64,000 nucleotides of DNA from Planctomycetota bacterium. GTDB lineage: Bacteria > Planctomycetota > GCA-002687715 > CAIWVZ01. Of this stretch, positions 29,384 to 38,970 are shown piece by piece. Each line of letters begins with the position of its first letter. The first letter of the stretch is position 1. Below the pieces are notes generated by a model. That model searched no databases. It was not told where the DNA came from and worked only from the letters and a program-made list of their open reading frames with translations. The translations under genes and the position numbers were made by a program. The stretch lies in the NCBI GenBank assembly GCA_044222185.1, contig JBGANV010000012.1:77661-141660 (forward strand). Reading direction: 5' to 3'.

Positions 29384-30487
29384 TCAGGCCGTCGGCAGCG
29401 GTGGCGGGCCCGACGAGAGCAGGCGCGCGAGTTCGGGGACGTCCTTCGCCGCCACCCAGGCCGCGAGGCCCTGGCGCCACACGAGGGTCGTCGGCGTCAG
29501 GCGTCCGCCGGCGGCCTCGGCCGCGAGCGCGGCGGCATCGAACGGTCCGAGCTGCTTGCCACCGACGCCGAGGAACCACGCGACGGGTGCATCCAGTGGC
29601 GGCGGCTGGGCCGGGCCTGTCGGCGGCGCGCCGGCACCCGCGAACGAGCGGGCCATCTGCTGACCGAGCGCCAGCCCGGCGCCCAGCCCGATGCCTTCGC
29701 CTGCGCCGCCCGGGTTCTTCGCCGCCTGCTCCATGGCCTGCGCGGCCTGGAACTGGGTGTAGCGGTTCAGATCGCCGAGCACGCCCATCTGCGAGCGCTT
29801 GTCGAGCGCCTGCTCGACCTCCGGCGGAAGCGAGACGTTCTCGACGATGAAGCGGGTGATCTCGATGCCGTTCGTCTTCAGATCCTGCGTCAGGCGTTGG
29901 GCGAGGAGCTGCTCCATCTGGGACTGCTTCGACGCGATGTCGAGAACCGAGATGCCCGACTCGCCGAGCACGCCCGCGACCTTCGACACGACGAGCTGGC
30001 GGAGGTACTCGGAGACCTCCTCCGTCTTGAACAGCGGATCGGTTCCCGCCAGCTCCTTGATGAAGGCTCCCGCGTCGACGACGCGCATGGCGTAGCCGCC
30101 GAATGCGCGCAGGCGCACGGGCCCGAACTCGGGGTCGCGGACGATGACGGGGTTTTGCGTGCCCCACTTCAGGTCCGTGAACTGCCGGGTGTTGACGAAG
30201 TACACCTCGGCCTTGAAGGGCGACTCGAACCCGTACTTCCAGCCCTGCAGCGTGGCGAGGATCGGCAGGTTGCGGGTCAAAAGCTCGTAAGTGCCGGGTT
30301 TGAAGACGTCCGCGAGCTTGCCTTCGTTGACGAACACGGCCTGCTGCGTTTCCCGCACGACGAGCTTGGCGCCGTTCTTGATCTCGTTGCCGTACCGCTC
30401 GAAGCGGTAGACGAGCGTGTCCCGCGAATCATCGAGCCATTGGATGATGTCGATGAGTTCGCCGCGCAGCTTGTCGAACAGTCCCAT
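29384..30487 (-). CDS. SPFH/band-7 (YdjI, virion-core-like) protein with C-terminal GYF_2 domain
   Basis: IDIIQW, GAKLVVRE.Q.AVFV.EG, SPFKAEVYF, KWGT.NP, VRLRAFG, ENVSLP.EV; GPF...TLVWRQGLAAW. Confidence 0.9.
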   Translation of the reverse strand: MGLFDKLRGELIDIIQWLDDSRDTLVYRFERYGNEIKNGAKLVVRETQQAVFVNEGKLADVFKPGTYELLTRNLPILATLQGWKYGFESPFKAEVYFVNTRQFTDLKWGTQNPVIVRDPEFGPVRLRAFGGYAMRVVDAGAFIKELAGTDPLFKTEEVSEYLRQLVVSKVAGVLGESGISVLDIASKQSQMEQLLAQRLTQDLKTNGIEITRFIVENVSLPPEVEQALDKRSQMGVLGDLNRYTQFQAAQAMEQAAKNPGGAGEGIGLGAGLALGQQMARSFAGAGAPPTGPAQPPPLDAPVAWFLGVGGKQLGPFDAAALAAEAAGGRLTPTTLVWRQGLAAWVAAKDVPELARLLSSGPPPLPTA

Positions 30488-30670
30488 GTCGCGTCTCCTG
30501 GCAGTGGGGCTCGGGCGCGGCGTCGAGGTGTCGAGCCGGGCCGTCGCATGCGGGGCGAGTGTAACGGACGTCGCCCGCAGCGTCGCCAGGGGATTCGCGA
30601 CGTGGCGGAGAGAATTCCGCCACGCTCGGGCCGGCGCCGGCGGCGAGGTTCGCCGCCGGGCGCGCAGCGG

Positions 30671-31503
30671 TCACGGGAAGTGCATCTGGACCGGGTTCGA
30701 GAGGATCACGTTCGTGCCGTCGACGATCGCCATCTGGCCGAACAGGTCACCGGAAGGGAGACCCGGCGGAAGCGGGACGGTGAGGTTGAACGTGCCCGTC
30801 GGCGTCGTCGTGATCGCGAAGAGGTTCGTCGACAGCGGGCTGATCTGGACCTGGCACGTGGCGCTCGGGATCGGCAGCGCCTGGTTGCCCAGGCCGATGG
30901 CGAAAATCCCCGGAGCGTTGATCGGCGCCAGGATGAGATCGAGGCTCGCCGTGAGGCTCGTCGTTCCGCTGACGAGACCGGCGAAGACCGGCACGGGGCC
31001 CGTGCTGCTGACGCAGCCGGTGCCGTACGCTCGCCGTCGTTGCCGTGGCCGGGCGGCATCACGAGAGTCGCGACGGCGTTCGTCGTGTTGATCGTGAAGA
31101 GCGTCTCGGGATTGACGGCTCCGTCGCCGGCCACGCCGAACAGCACGCCGTCCGGTCGGAAGGCGATGCCGGCGAAGGCGTCGGAGAGCGCGCCGATCAG
31201 CGTCACCACGCCCGTCGACGGGTTGACGGTGCCGAGTTGGCGAGGCGTCGATCCGGTCGGCCGCACGACGGCGTAGATCAGGCCGCTGATCGGGTCGCGT
31301 GACATTCCGTTCGACTGGCTGATCGCGACGCTTCCCGTCGTGACCATGGCGATCGCCGTCGACGCCGTTCCCGTGACGGGATCGAGCGTGATGAGGCGGC
31401 CGTTGATCGACGACGTGGCGACGAGGACGTCACCCTGCGCGCTCGCGAGCCCGCAGGCGGGAAGGACGACGAGGACGAGACGGACACCGCGTTCGTTGCA
31501 CGC
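30671..31503 (-). pseudogene. Degraded secreted beta-propeller protein with C-terminal sorting-like module
   Basis: Signal-like VRLVLVVLPACGLASA|Q has no in-frame start codon; propeller blades (LDPVTG, VNPSTG...LIG, GIAF.PDG.LFG) stop at GNDGE, then a frameshift near 31030 leads to AYGTGC...GQMAIVDG...LSNPVQMHFP. Confidence 0.75.
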
Positions 31504-31716
31504 GTGGCAGGGCGAAGAGACCGGTGAGCGTAGGGATGGCGTGCTGCGGGAGCAAGGCGAGTTTGGCCGTCACGCTGAGGAGCGCGCTGAGGTCAGGAGC
31601 GGCGCCGCGCGGACGCGACGGCGCCGTGACGAGTGGTGGTCCGCAGCCTGGACCACCGCCGATCCTCGAGGCCTCGCGGCTCGAACGCGCGCGCACGCGT
31701 CGAGTCGACGCGGCGC

Positions 31717-34317
31717 TCAGTAGGCGATGACGGTCGTCGTCGTGAGGTTCGTGAGACGAACCTGCGACAACACGAGCGCCTGCCAGTGCGCCGACAGTCC
31801 GACGAGCCCTGGCCCCGGAGGTACGGCGAACGGAAGCGACCCGCGGCCCTGTCCGTTCAGCGGGAGGTTGATCGGCCCCGAGAGCGTGACGAAGTCCAAG
31901 AACACGGTCCCATAAGGCGGGACGGCGAAGTCGTTCGTCGCGCCCGCGAGGAACAGCGCGAAGGTGTCGGATGCGGGCCCGAAGAACTCGAGGCTCGTGT
32001 TGCGGCCCGGCCGGGGCTCCACGAGGTTCGCGAGCTGGCGCGTCAGGTTCTTGTCGAGGCGTGGCCCGACGCCGATCAGGTCCGGATCGCCGTCCCGGTC
32101 GAAGTCGCGGAGGATGATCCCGTTGCTGCCGAGCGCCGCTCCCAGGCTGAACTGGCCCGTGTTGAGGACCAGCGGCTCGTACGACGGGAAGAACCCGCCG
32201 CCCGCGTTACGCCAGATGTGCGTGGCGTCCACGCAGTCCACGTCGCCGTCGCCGTCGATGTCGACGAGACCGCGCGCATGCGCCGACGTCTGGAATGGAG
32301 TCACCGCGGTCGACGGCAGGGCGCCGACGAGCGCGAACGTCCCCGAGCCGTTGTTCTGGTAGAGGTTCAAATCGATGACGATGTCCATGTCGCCATCGCC
32401 GTCCAGGTCCGCGGCCTCGCCCGTGTCCGTGCCGACGGCGGAGAACGCGCCCGGCGTGAACACCCCCGAGCCGTTGTTCAAATGCAGGATCGCTGGCTGG
32501 GCCGGCTGGAGCAGCGTCTGACCATTCGTCTGGAGGATGTCGAGATCCAGGTCGCCGTCGGCGTCGAAGATCGAGATGTCGACGGTGTTGCGGGCGATGC
32601 CGAGCGGAATCGGCGGATCGAATCCAGCGCCGTTGTTCCGCATGATCACGCTCTGGGCGTCCGGTCCATTCGCTCCGAGCGTGTTGCGGCGACCGATCAC
32701 CAGGTCCCGGTCACCGTCTCCATCCAGGTCGGCGTCCTTCAGGACCCACGCGTTTCCGCCCTGACTGAACGTCTGGATCAACGTGAACGTCCCGTTGTGG
32801 TTGTTCCGGAGTACGTAGTCGTCGTAAGGCGCGGCGACGGTGACCACGTCCTGACTCATGGCCAGGTAGAGGTCGTCGAATCCGTCACCGTCGACGTCGA
32901 CGAGGTGAGGGATGCGGTTGGCGAGCGACGGGCACGGGTTCGTGCACACGAGCGACGTCCACGTGAAGCGGCCGAAGCCGTCGTTCGTGGCGAAGCGCAC
33001 GGTGGGCGTGGGGATCTCGACGAGGACCGCGAGATCGGTGCGGCCGTCGTGGTTGACGTCTCCTGCCGTCGGTGCGTTGCCGAGTGCTTCGAGCGGGAGC
33101 TCGCGACGACGTTCCGACAGCAGGCCGGTGCCCGTGTCCATGAACATGCGGATGCCTGCCGCACCGAACAGGAACATGTCCTGATCGCCGTCGTTGTCCA
33201 CGTCGGCTTCCAGGTCCTGCAGCGAGCCGCCCAGGCTCGGGTTCGGAATGGTCTGCATGGCGGCGTTGAAGTTCGCGGCCGTATGAGTCGCGGCGCCCGA
33301 GGTCGCGACGCGCAGGAGACGCGCCGGCGCGTTGGGTGTTCCAGGCAGGACAGCCGCGTGGAACGCGCGTTCGCTTCGGGTCGCGCTCTGCGCGAGGGTG
33401 AACGAGCCCGTGCCCGTCGCGAGCCAAAGCTCGTCGACCGGCGTCGGGTTCGCCGCCGAGACCACTCCGCAGAAGACGATGTCCTTCAGGTTGTCGCCGT
33501 TCATGTCACCGATGCAGAACGTGTCCGTCGGCGCGGTGCCGAAGTTGATGGGCGAGACGGCGAAGAACCCACCCGTGTTGGTCAGCAAGAGGCGCGTCTG
33601 GCCGCCTGGGCTTGCTGCGGGGCCGGTCGGGTTCGAGATGACGAGGATGTCCTGGTCCAGGTCACCGTCGTAGTCGACGAAGTACGCCTGCGACCCGGCG
33701 AGTGTGACCGCGGGGAGACGGTTGGTTCCATCGGTGAACGTCCCGGTGCCGCTGTTCAGGAACAGCCGCGGCTGGAACCCACCGACGACGTTCGAGCCGT
33801 TCAACGTGAATACGGAGACGAACAGGTCACGATCGCCGTCGCCGTCGATGTCCGCGGCGGCCAGCGCGCCGACGAGTGCGCTCAGACCGCCGGTCGCGGT
33901 GATCGCCGGCGTGCTCGCGAAGGCCGTGGTGAAGTTCGCGCCACCGGCGCTGCGAGCGAGTCCGAACGTGGTCGAGCCGCCGCTCCCGAGGATGTCCGGG
34001 AGTCCGTCGCCCGTGAGGTCCGTGACGAGGGTGAGCGTGCCGACGGCGCCGTTGCCGTAAAGACCGCTGCTGAGATTGGCGGCCGACGGGCCTTTCGTGA
34101 ACGTCCCGCTGCCATCGTTCAGTGCGGCGCAGCTCACGGTCGTCGCCAGGTCGACGTCGCCGTCGTTGTCGAAGTCGCCGACCCCGACGACTCGACCCAC
34201 GGCGATGGGGACGGGTTCATCGATGGGGTGGAAGACTCCGAACTGCGCCGAAGCGGCGGTGGCGAATGCAATGAAGAAGCAGACCGAGGTGATCGGGAGG
34301 CGTACGACCGACGGCAT
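31717..34317 (-). CDS. FG-GAP/VCBS repeat secreted protein with C-terminal sorting-like module
   Basis: Signal ...ASA|Q; more than 10 DxDxDGDxD repeats with N.G.G.F; C-terminal VPPGPGLVG...HWQALV...LTN. Confidence 0.92.
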   Translation of the reverse strand: MPSVVRLPITSVCFFIAFATAASAQFGVFHPIDEPVPIAVGRVVGVGDFDNDGDVDLATTVSCAALNDGSGTFTKGPSAANLSSGLYGNGAVGTLTLVTDLTGDGLPDILGSGGSTTFGLARSAGGANFTTAFASTPAITATGGLSALVGALAAADIDGDGDRDLFVSVFTLNGSNVVGGFQPRLFLNSGTGTFTDGTNRLPAVTLAGSQAYFVDYDGDLDQDILVISNPTGPAASPGGQTRLLLTNTGGFFAVSPINFGTAPTDTFCIGDMNGDNLKDIVFCGVVSAANPTPVDELWLATGTGSFTLAQSATRSERAFHAAVLPGTPNAPARLLRVATSGAATHTAANFNAAMQTIPNPSLGGSLQDLEADVDNDGDQDMFLFGAAGIRMFMDTGTGLLSERRRELPLEALGNAPTAGDVNHDGRTDLAVLVEIPTPTVRFATNDGFGRFTWTSLVCTNPCPSLANRIPHLVDVDGDGFDDLYLAMSQDVVTVAAPYDDYVLRNNHNGTFTLIQTFSQGGNAWVLKDADLDGDGDRDLVIGRRNTLGANGPDAQSVIMRNNGAGFDPPIPLGIARNTVDISIFDADGDLDLDILQTNGQTLLQPAQPAILHLNNGSGVFTPGAFSAVGTDTGEAADLDGDGDMDIVIDLNLYQNNGSGTFALVGALPSTAVTPFQTSAHARGLVDIDGDGDVDCVDATHIWRNAGGGFFPSYEPLVLNTGQFSLGAALGSNGIILRDFDRDGDPDLIGVGPRLDKNLTRQLANLVEPRPGRNTSLEFFGPASDTFALFLAGATNDFAVPPYGTVFLDFVTLSGPINLPLNGQGRGSLPFAVPPGPGLVGLSAHWQALVLSQVRLTNLTTTTVIAY

Positions 34318-34476
34318 TCTGTGGCTCCGGGTCCCAGGTCGCGCGCCGGTTTGTCCGAGGTGGAACGGCTTGCGGAGGCGATGCGCGACGACGGGACGCA
34401 GGGAGCATATCTCACGCCCTTTCCCGATTGCGACGGGAGGTTTGCCCGGCGGCAGCTTTGTCGGCTTCGGGGGATC

Positions 34477-34989
34477 TCAGCGTCGGGTTTCCGGCGCGAG
34501 CTTCCCCAGGGTCGGAGGGGACTCCGAGACCGTCGGCGGCTGGGATGGAAGCGCGACGTCGCCCATTTCCACTTCGCCCATCGTGGCGCGGAGCGGCGTC
34601 GAGAGCGCTCCCATCGGCGGGGAGGCATTGGGGGACGTGGACCCCTGTTGCCTCGCGTCGTTCCTGTGGAACCAGGCGAATCCGCCGAGCAGCGCCGCAA
34701 TCAGGGCCGCGGCCGCTGCGAAGCGGGTTCGGATCCAGCGGAGGCCCACGGGACAGTCACGCGTCAGAACGGTGCCGTCCGGACGCCGGTAGAACCGGAC
34801 GCAAACGCGACCTTCACGCGATTCGACGATGCGGGCGGCCTCGTCGAGCGACATGGCGGAGAGGTCGTAGACGTTCATCCGGCAGGCGTCGCAGAAGCGG
34901 ACGCGATCGTCGCCGGTCATCTGGTCCCAGGCGGCGTGGCACGGGCTCGCAATCCTGATTCCGTCGATGAGTTGCCTGGTGTCGGTCAC
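34477..34989 (-). CDS. Small membrane protein with conserved Cys-rich N-terminal domain
   Basis: GTG 34989 with GAGGA RBS; IASPC...W..M.GDDRVRFC..C..NVYDLS.M...C.RFYRR.DG..LT.DC followed by one TM helix. Confidence 0.8.
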   Translation of the reverse strand: MTDTRQLIDGIRIASPCHAAWDQMTGDDRVRFCDACRMNVYDLSAMSLDEAARIVESREGRVCVRFYRRPDGTVLTRDCPVGLRWIRTRFAAAAALIAALLGGFAWFHRNDARQQGSTSPNASPPMGALSTPLRATMGEVEMGDVALPSQPPTVSESPPTLGKLAPETRR

Positions 34990-35236
34990 GGGATGTCCTC
35001 GAGTGGGTTGCGCCGTTGGACGCGCGCCGCGCAGCGGAGGTTCCCGCAGCGTTCGCGCGCCCGTGGTTTCCCATCGGACGTCCGGCCCATCGGCCGGCAG
35101 TTTCGTGCCGAGTCGGACTGCCGCAGGCATCGTCAGGGGAGCGCCGCACGACGCCGGTGGGCGCGCGTCGCGCGCCCGGGCCCGGCGTCGTGGCGAGCGG
35201 CCGCGAGGAGCCCCACGCCCTCGCCGCCCACCTCGG

Positions 35237-35767
35237 TCAGCGCGCGCGCTTGGGCTTCCGACTCGGCGGCGCCGCTTTCGCAGTCTTCTTTGCGCGTTGG
35301 GCCCGCTGCTTTTGTTCGTCGGCCTTGATGATCGTCGGGCCCTTCGCGCCCGGGTCGAGGTTCACCTTGCCGAGCTTCAACGCCGCTGTGATCAGCGCCT
35401 CGATCTCCGGCCGGTCGAAATCCGCGATGGACGTCATCGCGATGTGCCGCACTCCCGGGCCGCGGCCTTGGAGCAGCTTGTTCGGATCCGCCTTCGACAA
35501 CTGCTCGCCGCCCGTGAAGAACAGCTTCACCTCCGTCGGGTAGACCGAAAGCGCGCATACTCCGTTCGCGCCGGCCTCGGTCGTCGAGTAGGAGAAGACG
35601 AGCGACTCCTGTCTCTCGTAGACGTACACGAGCTCGAGCAGACTGGAGAGCCTGGCCCGTAGCTTCGCGCGCAGCGCCTTGCCGAGCTTGGATCTCGCCG
35701 CGTCGTACTTCGCGAAGAAGCTCGCCACGCGTGTTTCGGGGTCCGCCGCGCTTTTTTCGTCAGCCAT
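35237..35767 (-). CDS. DUF1801/YdhG-like hypothetical protein
   Basis: ELVY.Y, V.LFF..G..L..DP..LL.G.G..VRH pattern; basic C-terminal tail. Confidence 0.7.
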   Translation of the reverse strand: MADEKSAADPETRVASFFAKYDAARSKLGKALRAKLRARLSSLLELVYVYERQESLVFSYSTTEAGANGVCALSVYPTEVKLFFTGGEQLSKADPNKLLQGRGPGVRHIAMTSIADFDRPEIEALITAALKLGKVNLDPGAKGPTIIKADEQKQRAQRAKKTAKAAPPSRKPKRAR

Positions 35768-36013
35768 GGTGGGAACCGTATCGGTCGTCCGCGCGATTGT
35801 CCACGCGACGTTCGGTAAGTGACCGAGCTGCGGAGCGCCCGAAAGCCGGAAGGCTGAGCGACACGCGTCGATCGCGAGGTTGGCGGCCCGCTTCACGGGG
35901 ATCGAGCCGATCCGAACTCCCTCGAGGGATGCCGTTGGTCGCCGGGCGCGTTTCGCCCGATGGCCGCCGTCGCCGGCCCCGGTACCCTATCCACCTTCAC
36001 GATGGAGATTCGC

Positions 36014-36790
36014 GTGGCCCCGTTCAGACTCGACGGCAAGGTGGCGGTGGTGACAGGTGCGGGCTCAGGGATCGGGCGGAGCATCGCTCGACTGTTCGCG
36101 GCCCAGGGGGCGAAGGTTGCCGTCGTCGATTTGGACGCTGCTGCGGCCGAGTCGACGGCCTCGTCGATCGTCGGCGATGGCTTCGCTGCCTCCGCATTCG
36201 CGTGTGACGTCGCGGACGTCGCGCGCGTCGCCTCCACCTTCGACGAAATCTGCGCTCGCCTCGGCGGGCTCCACATCCTCGTGAACAACGCGGGTGTGGC
36301 GCACGTCGGGAATGTCGAGAACACGACCGAGGCCGATCTCGACCGCATCTACCGCGTGAACGTGAAGGGCGTGTTCGCGTGCGCGCAGGCGGCCGTCCAG
36401 AAGATGCTGGCCGGCGGCGGGGGCGTGATCCTCAACATGGCGTCGATCGCCTCTCTGATCGGCGTCGAGGACCGGTTCGCCTACTCCATGAGCAAGGGCG
36501 CCGTGCTGACGATGACCTACTCGCTCGCCATCGACTACATGACGAGGAAGATCCGGTGCAACTGCATCTGCCCGGCGCGCATCCACACTCCCTTCGTCGA
36601 CGGGTACCTGGCTCGCAACTACCCGGGTCGGGAGGCGGAGATGTTCAAGAAACTCTCCGAGTACCAGCCCATCGGCCGCATGGGCGAGCCCGACGAGGTC
36701 GCCGCCATGGCGCTCTACCTCTGTTCCGACGAGGCGTCGTTCGTGACAGGCCAGGCATTCCCGCTCGACGGCGGCGTGCTCGTGAAGTAG
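36014..36790 (+). CDS. Short-chain dehydrogenase/reductase (2-keto-3-deoxy-sugar-acid dehydrogenase-like)
   Basis: TGAGSGIG, acidic residue after beta-2 (VVDLD, NAD-type), NNAG, YSMSK, NCICPARIHTP; GGAG upstream of GTG 36014 (alternative ATG 36002). Confidence 0.9.
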   Translation: MAPFRLDGKVAVVTGAGSGIGRSIARLFAAQGAKVAVVDLDAAAAESTASSIVGDGFAASAFACDVADVARVASTFDEICARLGGLHILVNNAGVAHVGNVENTTEADLDRIYRVNVKGVFACAQAAVQKMLAGGGGVILNMASIASLIGVEDRFAYSMSKGAVLTMTYSLAIDYMTRKIRCNCICPARIHTPFVDGYLARNYPGREAEMFKKLSEYQPIGRMGEPDEVAAMALYLCSDEASFVTGQAFPLDGGVLVK

Positions 36791-36850
36791 AAGGCGGGCC
36801 CCGTGTGCGGCTCCGCTGCCGCGCACCCGTCATTCCTCCAGGAGCCCAGA

Positions 36851-37705
36851 GTGAAGCTCGCCCGATTCGGACTCGTGGGAAACGAACGACCCGCCGTCGT
36901 GCTGGACGACGGCACGCGCGTCGACGTTTCCTCGTTCGGTGAAGACTGGAACGAGGCGTTCTTCGGAAGCGACGGTCCGAGCCGTCTCGCGCAGTGGTTG
37001 CCGGCACGGATCAAGTCGCTGCCGCGGGTCCCCGGCGGCCTCCGCTGGGCGTCGGCCGTGGCCCGTCCGAGCAAGATCGTCTGCATCGGGTTGAACTACA
37101 TCGACCACGCACGCGAGACCGGCGCAGAGCCACCGAAGGAGCCGGTGCTGTTCTTCAAGTCGACGACGGCGGTCGCCGGGCCCTGCGACGACCTGGTCTA
37201 CCCGCGAGGCGGAACGAAGGTCGACTACGAAGTCGAGCTCGCCGTCGTCATCGGCAAGGCAGCCCGTTACGTGGACGCAGACCGCGCCCTCGACCACGTC
37301 GCGGGCTTCGCGCTCCACAACGACTACTCGGAGCGTTCATTCCAGCTCGAGCGCGGTGGCCAATGGGTGAAGGGCAAGAGCTGCGACACCTTCGCTCCCA
37401 TCGGGCCCTGGATGCTGACTCGGGATTGCTGCCCGGAGTATCGCAGCCTCGCCATGTGGCTGGACGTCAACGGTGCTCGACGCCAGACCGGCACCACGGC
37501 GAACATGATCTTCGACGTCCCAGCGCTCGTGAGCTACGTCTCGCAGTTCATGACGCTGCTCCCGGGCGACGTGATCAGCACGGGGACTCCGCCGGGCGTC
37601 GGTCTTGGAATGAAGCCGCCGACCTACCTCGAGGTCGGTGACGTCGTCGCGTGCGGGATCGTCGGACTGGGCGAGCAGCGCCAGCGGGTCACGAAGGAAG
37701 CGTGA
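36851..37705 (+). CDS. Fumarylacetoacetate hydrolase family protein
   Basis: AGGAG RBS; KIVCIGLNY.DH, DYEVEL, NDYSER, W.KGKS.DTF.P.GP, TL.PGDVI.TGTP.GVG. Confidence 0.93.
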   Translation: MKLARFGLVGNERPAVVLDDGTRVDVSSFGEDWNEAFFGSDGPSRLAQWLPARIKSLPRVPGGLRWASAVARPSKIVCIGLNYIDHARETGAEPPKEPVLFFKSTTAVAGPCDDLVYPRGGTKVDYEVELAVVIGKAARYVDADRALDHVAGFALHNDYSERSFQLERGGQWVKGKSCDTFAPIGPWMLTRDCCPEYRSLAMWLDVNGARRQTGTTANMIFDVPALVSYVSQFMTLLPGDVISTGTPPGVGLGMKPPTYLEVGDVVACGIVGLGEQRQRVTKEA

Positions 37706-37739
37706 GCCGTCCGCAGCGGACGGCGGGGGAGTCACACCC

Positions 37740-38843
37740 ATGTCTTTGAAGATCACGGACGTCTCCACGATGTTGCTGCGGGTTCCGTTGAAGCAGCGCA
37801 CGATCACCGATTCGCAGAGCACGGTCGACGTGGTCGAGTTCATGCAGGTTCGGATCGCGACGGACGCCGGCATCACGGGGTTCGGGATGAACTGGAGCTA
37901 CACGACCGGTCTACATGCCGCCCAGGTGATGGTCGACGAGAACTACAAGCCGGTGCTGCTCGGACAGGACGCGACGTTCCGGCGCGAGCTCGTGCGCAGG
38001 ATGTTCTTCACCAATCACTTCGTGGGGCGCGTGGGCGCTGCGCGAGTCGGCATCGCCGCCGTCGAATTTGCGCTGTGGGACATCGCGTGCAAGCGCGCGG
38101 GGCTTCCGCTGTGGAAGGTCTTGGGGCCCTGCCGAGACCGAGTGAAGGCTTACAGCACCGACGGCGGCTGGCTGACGTGGAGCGTCGACGATCTCGTCCG
38201 CGACGCCACGCGACTGGTCGAGCGCGGATTCGACGCCGTGAAGATCAAGCTCGGCCGTCCCGATCCGCGCGAGGACTTGGAGCGGATTGCCGCGGTGCGG
38301 CGCGCCGTGGGGCCGAACGTCCGCATCATGACGGACGTCAACTGCGCCTGGAGCCTCGCGACGGCACGTTTCTGGGGTGCGCGTCTCGCGGAGCACGACG
38401 TCTTCTGGCTCGAGGAGCCCATGATGCCCGAGGACGTGCGCGGTCACGCAGAGCTGGCCCATGCGATTCGCGTCCCCATCGCCGTCGGAGAGACGCTTTA
38501 CACGAAGTACAGCTTCCGTGACTACATCGAGCAGGGCGCGGTGCACATCGTGCAGGCGGATGCCACCAAGCTCCTCGGCATCGACGAATGGCTGGAGGTC
38601 GCGGCACTGGCCGGAGCCTGGAACCTTCCGGTCATTCCTCACACGAACGTGCAGCAGAAGCTCCACGTGCAACTCGCGGCGGCGACCCCCGGCGTCATGA
38701 TGGTCGAGAACTGCTACGAGTCGATCCAGGACATCTGGGAGGAGCCGGTGTACGTCGTCGACGGGCATTACACGCTGCCTCAGGAGCCAGGCGTCGGCCT
38801 GAAGCTGAGAGATGCAGTCGTCGCTGCGCATCGGGTCGGCTGA
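37740..38843 (+). CDS. Mandelate racemase/enolase superfamily acid-sugar dehydratase
   Basis: ALWDI, KIK motif, metal ligands D(VN)/E(EP)/GE, PH; GGAG RBS. Confidence 0.9.
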   Translation: MSLKITDVSTMLLRVPLKQRTITDSQSTVDVVEFMQVRIATDAGITGFGMNWSYTTGLHAAQVMVDENYKPVLLGQDATFRRELVRRMFFTNHFVGRVGAARVGIAAVEFALWDIACKRAGLPLWKVLGPCRDRVKAYSTDGGWLTWSVDDLVRDATRLVERGFDAVKIKLGRPDPREDLERIAAVRRAVGPNVRIMTDVNCAWSLATARFWGARLAEHDVFWLEEPMMPEDVRGHAELAHAIRVPIAVGETLYTKYSFRDYIEQGAVHIVQADATKLLGIDEWLEVAALAGAWNLPVIPHTNVQQKLHVQLAAATPGVMMVENCYESIQDIWEEPVYVVDGHYTLPQEPGVGLKLRDAVVAAHRVG

Positions 38844-38970
38844 AGGCGCGGGGGGCGGCGCGTTCGCCGCGTAGGCACCGACTTGACGGGAGCGCGATCG
38901 TCCGGCACGATCGCGACCCGGTCCAACCGTCGTTTGCCGTGCATGTCCGCGTTCGAGATCGCCCCTGCCG

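Noticed and set aside
29384-30487. Viral origin suggested by the virion-core-protein family name
   Set aside because: This is a widespread chromosomal SPFH family; no viral genes nearby.
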